Assembly: GCA_964643405.1 (NCBI GenBank)
Contig: CAZXQD010000005.1
Span: 297-64,296 of the forward strand
Direction of reading: 5' to 3'
Source of the DNA: an uncultured Hyphomonas sp.
GTDB taxonomy: Bacteria; Pseudomonadota; Alphaproteobacteria; Caulobacterales; Hyphomonadaceae
DNA length: 64,000 nt
This document shows positions 28,468 through 39,349 of the stretch, piece by piece. A model generated the notes under the pieces. The model was not told the origin of the DNA and did not search any database. It saw only the letters and a list, made by a program, of their open reading frames with translations. Every line of letters begins with the position of its first letter. Position 1 is the stretch's first letter. The position numbers and the translations under genes are program-made.

Positions 28468-31400
28468 CTAATAGCTGGAAGCGTCCAGAGCCTGCTGACC
28501 GCCCTTGGGCTCGGCAAGCTCCTTAGGTGTCAGTAACAGATACATCGCCGGCGTGACAATCCGCGCAAGGATGGTTGAGCTGATCAGGCCCCCGATGATC
28601 ACGACCGCAAGTGGCGAGTAAAGCGGAGACTGCTCCCAGACCAGAGGGATCATACCGCCAATGGCCGTCGCGCTCGTCAACAGCACAGGCAAAAAGCGGA
28701 TCTCGCCTGCCTGGACCACCGCTTCGCGCAAAGGTACGCCCTGCCGCCTGAGCCGGTTTGCGAAATCTACAAGAAGGATGGAGTTCTTGATCTCGATACC
28801 GATCAGCGCGATGAAACCAATCATGGCGATGAACGAAAGCGGATACTGGGCGATGTAGAGCGCAACGAGTCCGCCCATCACACCGAATGGAATGACGAAG
28901 GCCACAACCGCCATTTGTGCAAAGCTGCCAAATTCTAGCAGCAGCACAGCGAGTACACCGAAAAGGGCAACCAGCACGGCCGCGCCGAGACCTGAAAAAC
29001 TCTCACTGGCAGCTTCAGCCTGGCCGCCGAACGTGATGCGGTAACCCGGCGGCAGATTGATCGCGCGTATCTTCGAGGCAACGTCATTGGTCACAACCGA
29101 CGCAAGATAATCCGGCAACACATAGGACAAAACTGTCACCACACGTTCTTGCTGCACCCTGTTGACGACCGTCGGGCCCGAGGCAAAGCCGACGGTTGCG
29201 ATCTCCGAAAGCGGCACCCCTCCGCCCTGCCCGTTCCAGAGGTACATGCGATTCAGTGCGTCTGCATCGGGCGGCGAGCCTGCATCCATCCGCACACGTA
29301 TGGGATAGGCCTCGCCTGTCGGATCGCGCACCTGCGCCACCGTGGCGCCGCCAACCGCGATGCGAAGGGTCTGGTCTATAGCACCAGGCGGAATCCCCAG
29401 AAGCGCAGCTTTTTCGGTATCCACATCGAGTTCAAGATCGATCTGGCGAACAGCCGCCGGATTCGACACATCGCGCGTACCCGGCGTATTGCGCAGGATC
29501 AGCTCCACGTCGCCAGCGATCTGGCTCAGCGTCTCGTTATCCTTGCCCCAGATGCGCACGGCAATCGGCGCTTCCACGGGCGGGCCATTCTCGAAACGCC
29601 GGAAGGTCAGTTTGGCAGCAGGATATTTTGCGAGCTCAGCACGGATTGCGGCCACGTCTGCAGGGCTTTCGTCCGGGATCCAGTGCTCGAAAGCGCCATA
29701 TATCTGCCCATAGTCCGGCACCCCGATCGTCTCGAACACGTTGTAGTAAACCTGCGGATTGCTCGAGCCACTGTTTGCGAACCGGAAAGCGATGTCGTCG
29801 CGCTTGGCGAGGACACTCTCGACATACCGCACGGCCTTGTCCGTTTCGTCGATGGAGACGCCTTGAGGCAGCTCCACGTCAATCATGAAGTACGGGCTGT
29901 CATTCTCTGGAAAGAGAGAGAATCCGAGCCGCGGCACAAGCGCGAACGAAGACATTGCCAAGGCCAGCGACAGGATGACAGTCGACACCGGAAAGCGGAG
30001 CGCAACCCGCAGGATAGGACGGTACACCGCATGGATGGCGCCCATCACGCCGTCCAGAAACACGTTGGACTTGCCATGCCCATGGCGCGAAAGGAGACGA
30101 CCAGCGAGAAACGGAATGATGGTCAGGGATACGACCAGAGACGCAATGATCGTTGTCAGCACCGCAATCGGCAGAGAGCGGGTAAAATCGCCCGCGCCTT
30201 CCGGCAGTGCAATCAGCGGCAGGAAAGCGAAAATCAGGGTAGCCGTACACCCGATCACAGCGACGTTGATTTCCGACACACCCGCGATCGCTGCCTCGCG
30301 CCTTGGCAATCCGTCGCGCAGATGGCGCGCAATGTTTTCAGTAACGACGATGGAGTCGTCCACCAGGAGGCCGAGCGCGATTACGAAGCCGGAGATCGAC
30401 AACTGGTTCATCGTGAAACCCAGTTCGCCGATCCAGAACACTCCGATGGCCAAAGACAGGGGGATGGCCATCATCACCACGATGGCCGCGCGGAGTCCGA
30501 GCGGTAGCAGCGTGAGCAAAACCAGCAATACGGCAATCAGGAAGTCGCGCCCCAGATTGGACAGGCGATGCGCCACCGTTTTGGATTGATCGAAGCCCAG
30601 CTCAAGCCGAATGCCTTCCGGCAAGCTGCTCCGATAGGCTTCAATCTGCTGATAGAGATTGTTCCGGACGACGAATACATCGACGCCGAGCTTGCCTTTC
30701 GCACTGACAAGCACGGCGCGCTCGCCATTGTATCGCGTAAAGTGGCGCGGCTCATCATTGGCCCATTCGACGTCCGCCACATCGCCGACGGTCAGCGTGC
30801 TGCCGCCCGCCGAGCGAAGCACTGTCTTTCGAATCTCGTCCAGACTATCGAACGGGCCGGTTGCCGTCACATTGAAACGCCGTCCGCCAGACTGAACCGC
30901 GCCAATCGGAACATCCGCACCTTCGCGCTGAAGCGCGTCTGCGACAGCCAATGGGGATAATTGAAATGTCGATAGTTTGTCGAGGTCTAGCGAAACGCGG
31001 ACTTCCGATTCAGGGGCACCCCAAATCTGCGCCTGTTGCACGCCGCTCGCGCGCTCCAGCATGTCGCGCAGGTCACGCGCGGCGGCTTCGAGCTGCCGCG
31101 CCGGCGCTGTCTCGCTGACAAGGGCCAAAACCACCACGTTTGCGTTGGCCGTATTCGCCTTGAATGTACGAATCTCAACGACGCCCGTTGGAAAGTCCGG
31201 CCGCGCGACGTTCAGCTCACGGATAAACTCGTCGTACTTGCGCTCCGGATCAGATCCGTACGTGAATTCGACAGTGATACTGCCGACGCCCGAAGTTGCA
31301 CTGGAGCGAACCTCTTTCACGTCCTCGATCCGGTTCACCGCCTGCTCCAGCGGCACGACGACAAGCTTCTCGATCTGCTCAGCGTCTGCGCCGGGCAACA

Positions 31401-31551
31401 CGATGGTCGCACCGGCAATCGGGAAGCGGACGGTCGGATCTTCCGATTTCGGAATGCTGATCATCGCATTGGCGCCAAGGGCGACAAGCATGGCGAACAG
31501 CACCAGCGAAAATTGCCAGCGGTCGACAAAAAAGCGGACGATATGTTCCAT
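28468..31551 (-). CDS. RND efflux permease (AcrB/AcrD/AcrF family)
   Basis: 1027 aa; GLLVDDSIVVTENI, IKNSILLVDF, RFLPVLLT. Confidence 0.94.
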   Translation of the reverse strand: MEHIVRFFVDRWQFSLVLFAMLVALGANAMISIPKSEDPTVRFPIAGATIVLPGADAEQIEKLVVVPLEQAVNRIEDVKEVRSSATSGVGSITVEFTYGSDPERKYDEFIRELNVARPDFPTGVVEIRTFKANTANANVVVLALVSETAPARQLEAAARDLRDMLERASGVQQAQIWGAPESEVRVSLDLDKLSTFQLSPLAVADALQREGADVPIGAVQSGGRRFNVTATGPFDSLDEIRKTVLRSAGGSTLTVGDVADVEWANDEPRHFTRYNGERAVLVSAKGKLGVDVFVVRNNLYQQIEAYRSSLPEGIRLELGFDQSKTVAHRLSNLGRDFLIAVLLVLLTLLPLGLRAAIVVMMAIPLSLAIGVFWIGELGFTMNQLSISGFVIALGLLVDDSIVVTENIARHLRDGLPRREAAIAGVSEINVAVIGCTATLIFAFLPLIALPEGAGDFTRSLPIAVLTTIIASLVVSLTIIPFLAGRLLSRHGHGKSNVFLDGVMGAIHAVYRPILRVALRFPVSTVILSLALAMSSFALVPRLGFSLFPENDSPYFMIDVELPQGVSIDETDKAVRYVESVLAKRDDIAFRFANSGSSNPQVYYNVFETIGVPDYGQIYGAFEHWIPDESPADVAAIRAELAKYPAAKLTFRRFENGPPVEAPIAVRIWGKDNETLSQIAGDVELILRNTPGTRDVSNPAAVRQIDLELDVDTEKAALLGIPPGAIDQTLRIAVGGATVAQVRDPTGEAYPIRVRMDAGSPPDADALNRMYLWNGQGGGVPLSEIATVGFASGPTVVNRVQQERVVTVLSYVLPDYLASVVTNDVASKIRAINLPPGYRITFGGQAEAASESFSGLGAAVLVALFGVLAVLLLEFGSFAQMAVVAFVIPFGVMGGLVALYIAQYPLSFIAMIGFIALIGIEIKNSILLVDFANRLRRQGVPLREAVVQAGEIRFLPVLLTSATAIGGMIPLVWEQSPLYSPLAVVIIGGLISSTILARIVTPAMYLLLTPKELAEPKGGQQALDASSY

Positions 31552-31556
31552 GAAGG

Positions 31557-32663
31557 TCAGCGCCGGTCTGTCACGGTCACGGCTTCGCCATCCCGGACAT
31601 AGGCGGCCCCTTCGGCAATGACACGCTCTCCGGCCGTCAGCCCCGACAGGATCAGCACTTCGCCGCGTACTATGCCGGATGTCGATACTGCGCGGCGGTG
31701 CGCCACGTTTTGTTCATCGACCACGTAGACATAGCCGCGGTCGGCGCGCGCATCGATCAGAGCGAGCGTCGGAATGCGAACGACCGCAGATTTAGCTTCT
31801 GCTTCGTCCGTCGAGTTGATCCGTGCACTTCCGATCAGACCGCTGCGCAACAGGGCCGGATCACCCGCGCTGATATCCACATCGAAATTGCCTGTGGCAT
31901 CATTGCTCTTGGCGCCAATCCGGACGATCGCGCCGTTGCGCGCTGCACCGGCAAGGCCTGCAATGGAAATCTCGGCCGTGTCGCCGACCTTCAACCGTGC
32001 GGCATCTTCGGCCGCAACGGGGACGCGCAGGACGAGGCCGGATGTCGTGTCGCCGACCTGAACGACGGGCGCGCCGGGCGCAAGTGTCTGTCCGGGTTCA
32101 GCAAACCGGCGCAGCACCACACCGTCGACCGGTGAAACCATCACGCCGAGATTTCGGTTGAAAGAGACCGCGGTCAATGCCGCACGCGCCCGGTCCCGGA
32201 CCAGAGCCGCGTCATCAAGCCTTGCCTTGGCCAGATGGCCCTTTTCCACAAGGTCGCGTGTCCGCTCATACTGGAGATCTGCATTGGCGACCGCAGCTTC
32301 GGCATCGGCGACGCTCGCGGCCAGCTCCGTCAGGTCAAGACGTGCCAGGCGCTGATTGGCCTTTACCGGGTCGCCCTCGTCCACGTTGAGCTCTGTCAGG
32401 ATACCACCCGTCTTGAACGACAGTGTCGTCTCCTGGGAATAAACGATTGTCCCGGTCGCTGAGACGAGCGAGTCCGCCTCGGCAGGCATCACCTCAGCAA
32501 CCACGACCACAGGTGGCGCCGCCTTCAGCGCAGCGGCAGCATGGGCCTTTTCCGGTGTCCCGGCCCCGCAACCTGAAAGCAACAGGGCCAAGCCTGCGGC
32601 GAAGGAAACCGTGATCGAGCGACCCGTGACCTTGGTTACTTGCATGGCTTCCCGCATGTGCAT
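31557..32663 (-). CDS. RND periplasmic adaptor (MFP) lipoprotein
   Basis: LLSGC lipobox, VDEGDPVK, SPVDGVV, GLTAGERVI; start uncertain. Confidence 0.9.
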   Translation of the reverse strand: MHMREAMQVTKVTGRSITVSFAAGLALLLSGCGAGTPEKAHAAAALKAAPPVVVVAEVMPAEADSLVSATGTIVYSQETTLSFKTGGILTELNVDEGDPVKANQRLARLDLTELAASVADAEAAVANADLQYERTRDLVEKGHLAKARLDDAALVRDRARAALTAVSFNRNLGVMVSPVDGVVLRRFAEPGQTLAPGAPVVQVGDTTSGLVLRVPVAAEDAARLKVGDTAEISIAGLAGAARNGAIVRIGAKSNDATGNFDVDISAGDPALLRSGLIGSARINSTDEAEAKSAVVRIPTLALIDARADRGYVYVVDEQNVAHRRAVSTSGIVRGEVLILSGLTAGERVIAEGAAYVRDGEAVTVTDRR

Positions 32664-32812
32664 GAGGCAGTTCTCAAAAACGCTAAACGAATGATAAACT
32701 GTTCAGGGCCGAAGTCCAGCCACCATTCGAAATGTTCTTATCGAAGCGGCCTTAATAAACTGGGGTCGAGCGCGGCCGCGCAAACTTTAAGTCGCGACGC
32801 GGCCTGCCAGTC

Positions 32813-33937
32813 CTAGTGAAAGCGGCTCTTTAGCCGGAGCAACGGAGCCTCAAGGAACCTGTAGCTCGCCAAGGTCACCGTGAGGCTGACGAGAAAGGCG
32901 CAGACCAACAGGACAAGGACCTCGAGCTTCGTATCCACCCCCAGTTGAGCCGTCAGGGGTGAGTGAAGCAGCATGATGTTTACGATGGGGTGCCACACAT
33001 AGAGCCCATAGCTGTATTTCCCGAACCACCGCATGACCGGAACTTCCATCACGTTGGCCAGCGGCCGGAACGTGAGCGACAGAACAAGGACGCTCGCGTA
33101 GAAGATCGTGAGACAGGATATCCCCAAGGTGAGGACCAGAGGATCATCTGTTGAGAAGTCCCGCCGGACGAGAACGATCAGCAGGAAGGATGCAAGCCCC
33201 GCAGATCCGAGCCGCCAGGCCCAGGGCATCAGCGGGTCGATCCCTTTGGGACCGCGCACCATGAGGGCAATCAGCGCGCCCATTGCCAGCCCGTCCATCC
33301 GTGCAGGCGTCAGCACGTAAACCGCAAGCGCCGGCGCATCGTTTAAAACCATCAGTGTTCTGACGAGCGGCGACACAAGTATCATGGCCCCCGCGACAAA
33401 CATCAAAGTCCGGCGAGAGAAAGCCAGAACGATCAGCGGCCAGACCAGATAGAACTGCTCCTCGATGGCAAGCGACCAGAAGTGATCAAGGATGCTACCG
33501 CCGCCTTCAATTGCCATCTGGAAGTTACCGACATAGAAAATAATCCAGGCCGGGTTCGCGCCGCCCAAGAGGCCAAACCCCGTGACGGCTGCGAGGAAGA
33601 AAACGACAAACGCTGCGAAATAGTACAGCGGAAAGATCCTCAGTGTTCGGCGCGCATAGAAGTTCCGGAAGTAGTTCTGCTTGCCTTTGGAATCGTAAAG
33701 CAGGCCGGTGATCAGGAAGCCGGAGAGCACAAAAAACAGATCCACACCGGACCAACCGAGCCCGGTCAGCTTCAGCGCAGAGGCCCCGAGCCCCAGCGCC
33801 ATCGCGCTACCACCATAGTGATAGATCAGTACCAGGATCACACCAAGTCCGCGGATTCCATCCAGCGCAGGGATATGCCCTGACCAGACCGACGCAGAAT
33901 GCGCGCCGATAGCGGGGGGGTCAGCGAGACTGTTCAT
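32813..33937 (-). CDS. Acyltransferase-3 (OafA-like) membrane O-acyltransferase
   Basis: LDGIRG, GVDLFFVLSGFLI, FYARRTLRIFPLY, HFWSLAIEEQFY, YSYGLYVWH. Confidence 0.93.
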   Translation of the reverse strand: MNSLADPPAIGAHSASVWSGHIPALDGIRGLGVILVLIYHYGGSAMALGLGASALKLTGLGWSGVDLFFVLSGFLITGLLYDSKGKQNYFRNFYARRTLRIFPLYYFAAFVVFFLAAVTGFGLLGGANPAWIIFYVGNFQMAIEGGGSILDHFWSLAIEEQFYLVWPLIVLAFSRRTLMFVAGAMILVSPLVRTLMVLNDAPALAVYVLTPARMDGLAMGALIALMVRGPKGIDPLMPWAWRLGSAGLASFLLIVLVRRDFSTDDPLVLTLGISCLTIFYASVLVLSLTFRPLANVMEVPVMRWFGKYSYGLYVWHPIVNIMLLHSPLTAQLGVDTKLEVLVLLVCAFLVSLTVTLASYRFLEAPLLRLKSRFH

Positions 33938-35462
33938 AGGACCACCGGTAAAGTGCGCCGTTCGACGAAACAAAAGCCGTGCCGGTCGCCACGTCCAACT
34001 CGATCGAGCGGAGCCACGGACCGAGATAGACTTTGCCGACTGTCTTCAAGGTCTCCATGTCGATGATGGCGATCTGACCGGTTACGAAGCTACCGGCAAA
34101 AAGCAGGTTCCGTTCGCTATCAACTGCCAGTGTGCGCACGCCAAACGGTCCTCGGATAATACCTTTCGGCTCGAGTGTGTCGGCGTCCATCCTCAGTATC
34201 TCCGACTTCACCGGAGATGTGACGAGCAGTTCGTTGTCATCGGGAAGCAGGAGCATGCGATCAAGGCGCGACGGAGCAGCCTTTTGCGCGATGATTTCGC
34301 GCGCTTGCATATCGTAGATCATGATCTGCGGATTGCGGCGGAAGAAACTCAGATACAACCAGGGCTTATCCGGGTGTTTCAGGATGTTGCCACCGTCCAG
34401 CGGCCGGCTGTCAAGGATTTCGCCGGTCGCAAAATCCACGAGCAGGAACGCCACACCATCATCCATATCCGCTTCCGAAACCATCGCGATGGTACCGGAG
34501 ATCGGATCATGGGCGACCCATGGGTCGCCTGATGCCAGCCGTGATGCGTCAAGGCTGCGAGCAAGCTGGAGCGTTGCGGCATCAATGATGAGAAGCCGCT
34601 TCTGCTCACCGTCGTGGACGATCAGAGCGTTCTTTTCCGGGTTCCAGAAAATGCCTTGCGAGCCGCCGCTGTCGACTTCGGAAACGCTTGGCGCGCGGCC
34701 AGGATCATTAATGTCGAACGCGATGACGCTGTCCAGTCCGTGGCCTGTCGCGTAGAGGCGCCGGGTCGCCGGATCAAGTGAAAGACCATTGATGTTCCCG
34801 CGCATGATCACGCTCGCTGTCGCAGGCATGCGGATGGATTGCTCGATGGAAACGAGGCTGCCACCTTTTGCAAGGACCGCCACGCTTGCACTGACGACGC
34901 AGACCGCGAGAGCCCAGCCTATGGAGACCAGCCAACGGCCTGCGGCTTCCCGGAAGCCCGCAAGTTCCGCCAGCCAGCTGACATGGCGGCGGATAGCCAT
35001 GACTTCCGTCACGCCGACGCCGGCCGTCATAACGTTGTTGTCCAGATAGCGCGTGAACACCGCGGCCGGAAGAAAGTTAGCCGCTGCAAGGATGAGCGGG
35101 ATGAGCGCATGGCGAAGCGGCGTGGCAGTGGACCAGAAAAGCCAAAGAGTCAGAACAAGCGTCGCGCCTGTCAGAAACAGGTAACCCTGCAGCGGGCGAA
35201 GTCGGGCAGACACAATTGCGATGCCTGCGAGCACGCCGGCAAACGCCAGGAAAAGAAGGATCCGGGAAATTGGAAGACTAAGGAGGTCGATAATCCGGAG
35301 GGTGATGGCGTCGCCGTCGAAGACCGGCAACTCCGATATAGGCCCTCTGAAAAGGTAGAGGATGAGGAGGATGACCGGAACGCGCAGGACACCCCATGCC
35401 AGGAACGCTTTCGCGCCTGGAGAGGTGCGCCCAAGTCGCGCGCTTTGCTCAGTCTCGGCCAT
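33921..35462 (-). CDS. Membrane protein with C-terminal YncE-like beta-propeller
   Basis: Hydrophobic N-terminal third, then repeated beta-blade patterns (GLSLDPATRRLYAT, LAVDSERNLLFAG); GGAG RBS. Confidence 0.7.
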   Translation of the reverse strand: MAETEQSARLGRTSPGAKAFLAWGVLRVPVILLILYLFRGPISELPVFDGDAITLRIIDLLSLPISRILLFLAFAGVLAGIAIVSARLRPLQGYLFLTGATLVLTLWLFWSTATPLRHALIPLILAAANFLPAAVFTRYLDNNVMTAGVGVTEVMAIRRHVSWLAELAGFREAAGRWLVSIGWALAVCVVSASVAVLAKGGSLVSIEQSIRMPATASVIMRGNINGLSLDPATRRLYATGHGLDSVIAFDINDPGRAPSVSEVDSGGSQGIFWNPEKNALIVHDGEQKRLLIIDAATLQLARSLDASRLASGDPWVAHDPISGTIAMVSEADMDDGVAFLLVDFATGEILDSRPLDGGNILKHPDKPWLYLSFFRRNPQIMIYDMQAREIIAQKAAPSRLDRMLLLPDDNELLVTSPVKSEILRMDADTLEPKGIIRGPFGVRTLAVDSERNLLFAGSFVTGQIAIIDMETLKTVGKVYLGPWLRSIELDVATGTAFVSSNGALYRWSYEQSR

Positions 35463-35648
35463 TTACGGCACTCCAAAGTCCAGTTCGCTAGTTCGCGCCC
35501 CTCAATCAGGCCTTCGCAACAGCTCCATCAGTTCCCGGTCAGTTCATGGCGTTGGGCACTGCCCACGTTGACCCCATGTGGACTGCAAGCAAGATCGGGA
35601 CCAGAAACTGACAGGCCTTTCAAACACTTGCCTCGTCGGGAACCAGTC

Positions 35649-36947
35649 TCAAAGGGTAGCTGCCCCATTCCTTTGCCCACGGACGATTGCCAGGAGGCCC
35701 AAAAGCATCACCGCGCCGAAAAGCCAGTGGGAGACGACGAAATTGGAAAGGCCGCCGAACCGGCCAAGCGTCATCGAATGGCTGACGAAGGCAGTGCCTG
35801 CCAACAGGGCGTAGCTAACGATCAGCGGCCAACGCAGCGCAGACAGCGCCTCACCGGGCCGCGACTTTACCCAGACCATCACGAGCGCTGGCAGAAGCCA
35901 GACATGGTAGTGCGCCCAGGAGAGCGATGTCACCGTCATGGCGAACAGCACGGCAACCATCACTTCGATCTCGATATCGCCAGCGCTGGCCTTGATGAAG
36001 CGCCCAGACTTCCATGCTGCAAACAGAACCGCGGCCAAGAGCGCCGCTGTCAGCACGAGCGATATGGCACGGCTGGCTGGCGACAGGCTATGGACGGAGT
36101 AGTCATGTCCAAACGGCCCTCCAACCTCAAATCGCGCCAGCATGCCCGGCAGGGTCTGATTGACATAGGCAATCACGGGCTGGCCCGCATAAGGCGCGAT
36201 CGATGTCTCATACCAGAGAACGTGCATGTCCCAGCCGAAGACAAGCAGGGAAAGCGCAACTGAACCCGCCACCACGACGGCCCCGCCCATGACAACCGTC
36301 CAGCGGCCACGGAGGAAGTACAGCACACCGATCAACAGGAGCGCGGGCTTGATGACCGCCGCCAGTCCAAAAAGTGCTCCTGCAGCAAATCCTTTGCCGG
36401 AGCGCACCATGGCGAGACCGCCAAGAATCAGCGCCAGGACAAAATGAGACGTATTCCCCACCTTGAATGAATACAAAAGCGGACCAAAGGCACAGAGCGC
36501 CATCACAAGGAGTGCCGCTTCGCGCCGATCAAGCCCGAACATTTCGACGAGAAGACGCCAGATCAACCACACAACGCCGACGCCAATCAGTGTGATGATG
36601 ATCGCTGCGGGCATGTCCGGCAGCAAGCCAAATGGCGCAAAGAGATAGGCCACAATCGGCAGATTCACAAAAACCAAAGTCTCGCTGCTGTAGGAAGCAG
36701 CGAGTGCCTGCGGACCTTCAAGGACGAGCTTGCCGGCGAGCCAGTAGCATTCACGGAAATCCCAGAAGATGAATTCCAAACCGGGCTGGGTGTTCACAAA
36801 GATGATCGCAGCGGTCAGCGTGCCCCAGATCAAAGTGAACGGCCAGAGCAGGTTCGAATAGCGCGGAGATACTGCAAACCGGTGAACCAGCAGGAAGCCG
36901 ATCAGCGCAAACACGAGGTGCTGCCCGTTGACTGTCAGCGAATGCAA
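35649..36947 (-). CDS. Glycosyltransferase family 87 (DUF2029, GT-C)
   Basis: WDFRECY, FVNLPIVAYLFAPF, AAVIKP, VNQTL, LSWAHYH; multi-TM; TTG start after GGGAGG. Confidence 0.8.
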   Translation of the reverse strand: MHSLTVNGQHLVFALIGFLLVHRFAVSPRYSNLLWPFTLIWGTLTAAIIFVNTQPGLEFIFWDFRECYWLAGKLVLEGPQALAASYSSETLVFVNLPIVAYLFAPFGLLPDMPAAIIITLIGVGVVWLIWRLLVEMFGLDRREAALLVMALCAFGPLLYSFKVGNTSHFVLALILGGLAMVRSGKGFAAGALFGLAAVIKPALLLIGVLYFLRGRWTVVMGGAVVVAGSVALSLLVFGWDMHVLWYETSIAPYAGQPVIAYVNQTLPGMLARFEVGGPFGHDYSVHSLSPASRAISLVLTAALLAAVLFAAWKSGRFIKASAGDIEIEVMVAVLFAMTVTSLSWAHYHVWLLPALVMVWVKSRPGEALSALRWPLIVSYALLAGTAFVSHSMTLGRFGGLSNFVVSHWLFGAVMLLGLLAIVRGQRNGAATL

Positions 36948-37092
36948 AGGACCCTCCCTGATCGCTAAGCTGGCAAACGCACAACCGCGGTTAACCCCGA
37001 GTTCTGCCGCTCAACTGGCCATGACTTAGCAAGATCAGGACCAAATCACCAAGGAGCGAAGGGGCTGATACCACAATCGCCTATTCGACAGA

Positions 37093-37518
37093 TTAAGGAC
37101 TGCTCTTGTCATCGCGCTTCGCGGCGTAAACCCAGAAGGTAAAGAAGATGAAGTTCACCACTGGAAGCGTCACCACGACAGCCAGCAATCGCAGCGGCTC
37201 AGGAACGTTCAACGCCTCTCCCAGCCGCGCCACGAAGATGTCCGAAATGATGACGCTCAGCGCAATGCTGACAAGGAATTTTACAAGCTGACCGCCGTCC
37301 GCCCACTTGCGCTGGAAGGTGAAGACACTGTGCATGACGTACTGGAACACTACGGCGGTCGTCATCGCGATTCCCGATGCAAATGCCGGCGACATGGTGA
37401 GCACGTTCCGCAAGAGGAAATAAAGGCCCACATAGACAGCTGTTACAGCGAGGCCGGTGATCGTGTACCGGACCGCAAGCTGAAACGTCGCTTTAGAAAT
37501 GTTGAATGGCAGGGTCAT
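37093..37518 (-). CDS. GtrA-family lipid-linked sugar flippase
   Basis: 141 aa, four TMs; RYTITG, HSVFTF, FWVY. Confidence 0.85.
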   Translation of the reverse strand: MTLPFNISKATFQLAVRYTITGLAVTAVYVGLYFLLRNVLTMSPAFASGIAMTTAVVFQYVMHSVFTFQRKWADGGQLVKFLVSIALSVIISDIFVARLGEALNVPEPLRLLAVVVTLPVVNFIFFTFWVYAAKRDDKSSP

Positions 37519-37537
37519 CTCGTCCTCGGCATTTCGG

Positions 37538-39013
37538 TCAGAGCGGAACGCCGAACCAGGCCAGAAAGAAGCATACGCCAGCCAGGGCCGCGTAGGCGAG
37601 ACATACCCTGTCTTTCACGACGAAAACCACGGGGTCATCATCAAGATCGCCGCGCTGACACGTCACCCAGATCCGACTGGAGATCAGGAAGATCAGCGGC
37701 GGAAGCGCCCACAGCCAATCGCCAGTCTTGATGAAACTCTGGTTGTAGGCGTCTTCGATGATGTACAGCACCATGATCACCACTGCCGCGATCGAGCTTG
37801 AAATGCCGGCAGCGAGCACCAGTGGCAAATCGGAAGCTCGGTATCCGCGGCCGCTGACCCAATTCCCGCCTCGCTCAATCACCCGCGCAATCTCGGTATG
37901 GCGCTTGGCAAAGGCCAGCGAGGTGAAAAAGAACATGGCGAACACGAACAGCCAGGGGGATGGAACCGCAGCTACGGCCACCATGCCCACCACAAGCCGC
38001 AACGTGAAAAGGCCCGCCAGTGTTACGGCATCGTGGATGACCTTTCGCTTGAGCCATAGAGAATAGGTCATCGTGACAACGACGTAGACGAACACCCATT
38101 GCAGCACGGAAAGTCCCGCCAGCAGCGCGAGCGTAAGCCCGATGGTCAGACAAACCGATGCACCCACAATGCCTGCGGGCAGCGACAGCGCGCCGCTCGC
38201 CAGCGGGCGACGCCTCTTGGACCAGTGCTGGCGGTCATCCTGCAGGTCCCAGATGTCGTTGAAAACATAGGTCGCAGAAGCTGTCAGTGACAGGGCAAAA
38301 AAAGCCAGCGCCAGCGGCAGGAATGTTGACGGATCAATGATCCGCCCAGAGAGGATCGCCGGCACCACCACGAGCACGTTCTTAGCCCATTGATGCGGCC
38401 GAAGGCTCTTGACCAGCGCCTTGAAGCCGCCTGGTCGCTTGAAGACGTGCGTGACGTTGGCACTTTTGCGGGCGCGGCTGAGGGTCGCCCTGGAGGCGCC
38501 CACAACGATGGCGTCGCGAGCATGCTTCCAGACTTCAAGATCAGCCCGGCTGTCACCTGCATAGTCAAAGCCCTGCGGAAAACGCTTTATCAGGGCTTCA
38601 GCCTTTGCCTTGCCTTTCAGGTTCAATTTTCCCTCGGTGGCGATCACTTCGGAAATGAAGTCGAACCTTTTGCGGAAAGCTTGCGCTGTGTTGGCATGCG
38701 CCGCCGTTGCCAGAACGACTGGACGCCCCTTGGCCGCTTCTGATTCAGCAAAAGCTACCACTTCGTCGTTCACCGGCAGATACTCAGGATCAAGAGTAAC
38801 CGCCGCAGCCAGTTGTTCTTTCAGTACAACTCGGCCGGCAAACAGCCATCCGACAAGACGGAAGATGGCCAGCGGCGTGCGCCGAAGCAGCGCAACGCCC
38901 TGCTCAATCAGGGAATCCGTTCGGATCAAGGTACCGTCGAGATCGAGTACCAGCGGAACGACATCCGCTTTGTCGTTGGCTTCCGGCGCGATGGATGAGG
39001 AATTCTCAAACAT
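37538..39013 (-). CDS. HAD-UbiA fusion, polyprenyl-phosphate phosphoribosyltransferase-like
   Basis: HAD motif LDLDGTL and YAGDS; UbiA domain RPHQWAKN, YVFNDIWDLQDDRQHWSKRRRPLASG, DDDPVVF. Confidence 0.88.
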   Translation of the reverse strand: MFENSSSIAPEANDKADVVPLVLDLDGTLIRTDSLIEQGVALLRRTPLAIFRLVGWLFAGRVVLKEQLAAAVTLDPEYLPVNDEVVAFAESEAAKGRPVVLATAAHANTAQAFRKRFDFISEVIATEGKLNLKGKAKAEALIKRFPQGFDYAGDSRADLEVWKHARDAIVVGASRATLSRARKSANVTHVFKRPGGFKALVKSLRPHQWAKNVLVVVPAILSGRIIDPSTFLPLALAFFALSLTASATYVFNDIWDLQDDRQHWSKRRRPLASGALSLPAGIVGASVCLTIGLTLALLAGLSVLQWVFVYVVVTMTYSLWLKRKVIHDAVTLAGLFTLRLVVGMVAVAAVPSPWLFVFAMFFFTSLAFAKRHTEIARVIERGGNWVSGRGYRASDLPLVLAAGISSSIAAVVIMVLYIIEDAYNQSFIKTGDWLWALPPLIFLISSRIWVTCQRGDLDDDPVVFVVKDRVCLAYAALAGVCFFLAWFGVPL

Positions 39014-39349
39014 GGGTCTTTATAGTCGTCCTCGAGCCGGTGGCAGTTGAAAGCTCGCACACCCGGAAACTGTAACCAACAGCGCCATGGGCATGTTCGC
39101 TTTTCGCCTCCCCTGAGCAATCCATATGCCAGTAGATGGCGGGACTTGTTGGTAAACTCCGCTGCCATTGAGATAGCCGAATTGGAGCCAGGATTTACAA
39201 TCTGTTCCGCGGGATATGCCCCAGGTTTGCAACGAAACGATTAAATACCGGGCGGAAATGGTTAAGCGCCGATACGGGCCCGGAAAGGCTGGTGCACGCA
39301 CTGCTGCCAGCAGCAAGGTTAATGAACGGCGCTGCGCCGGCCGGCGCGT

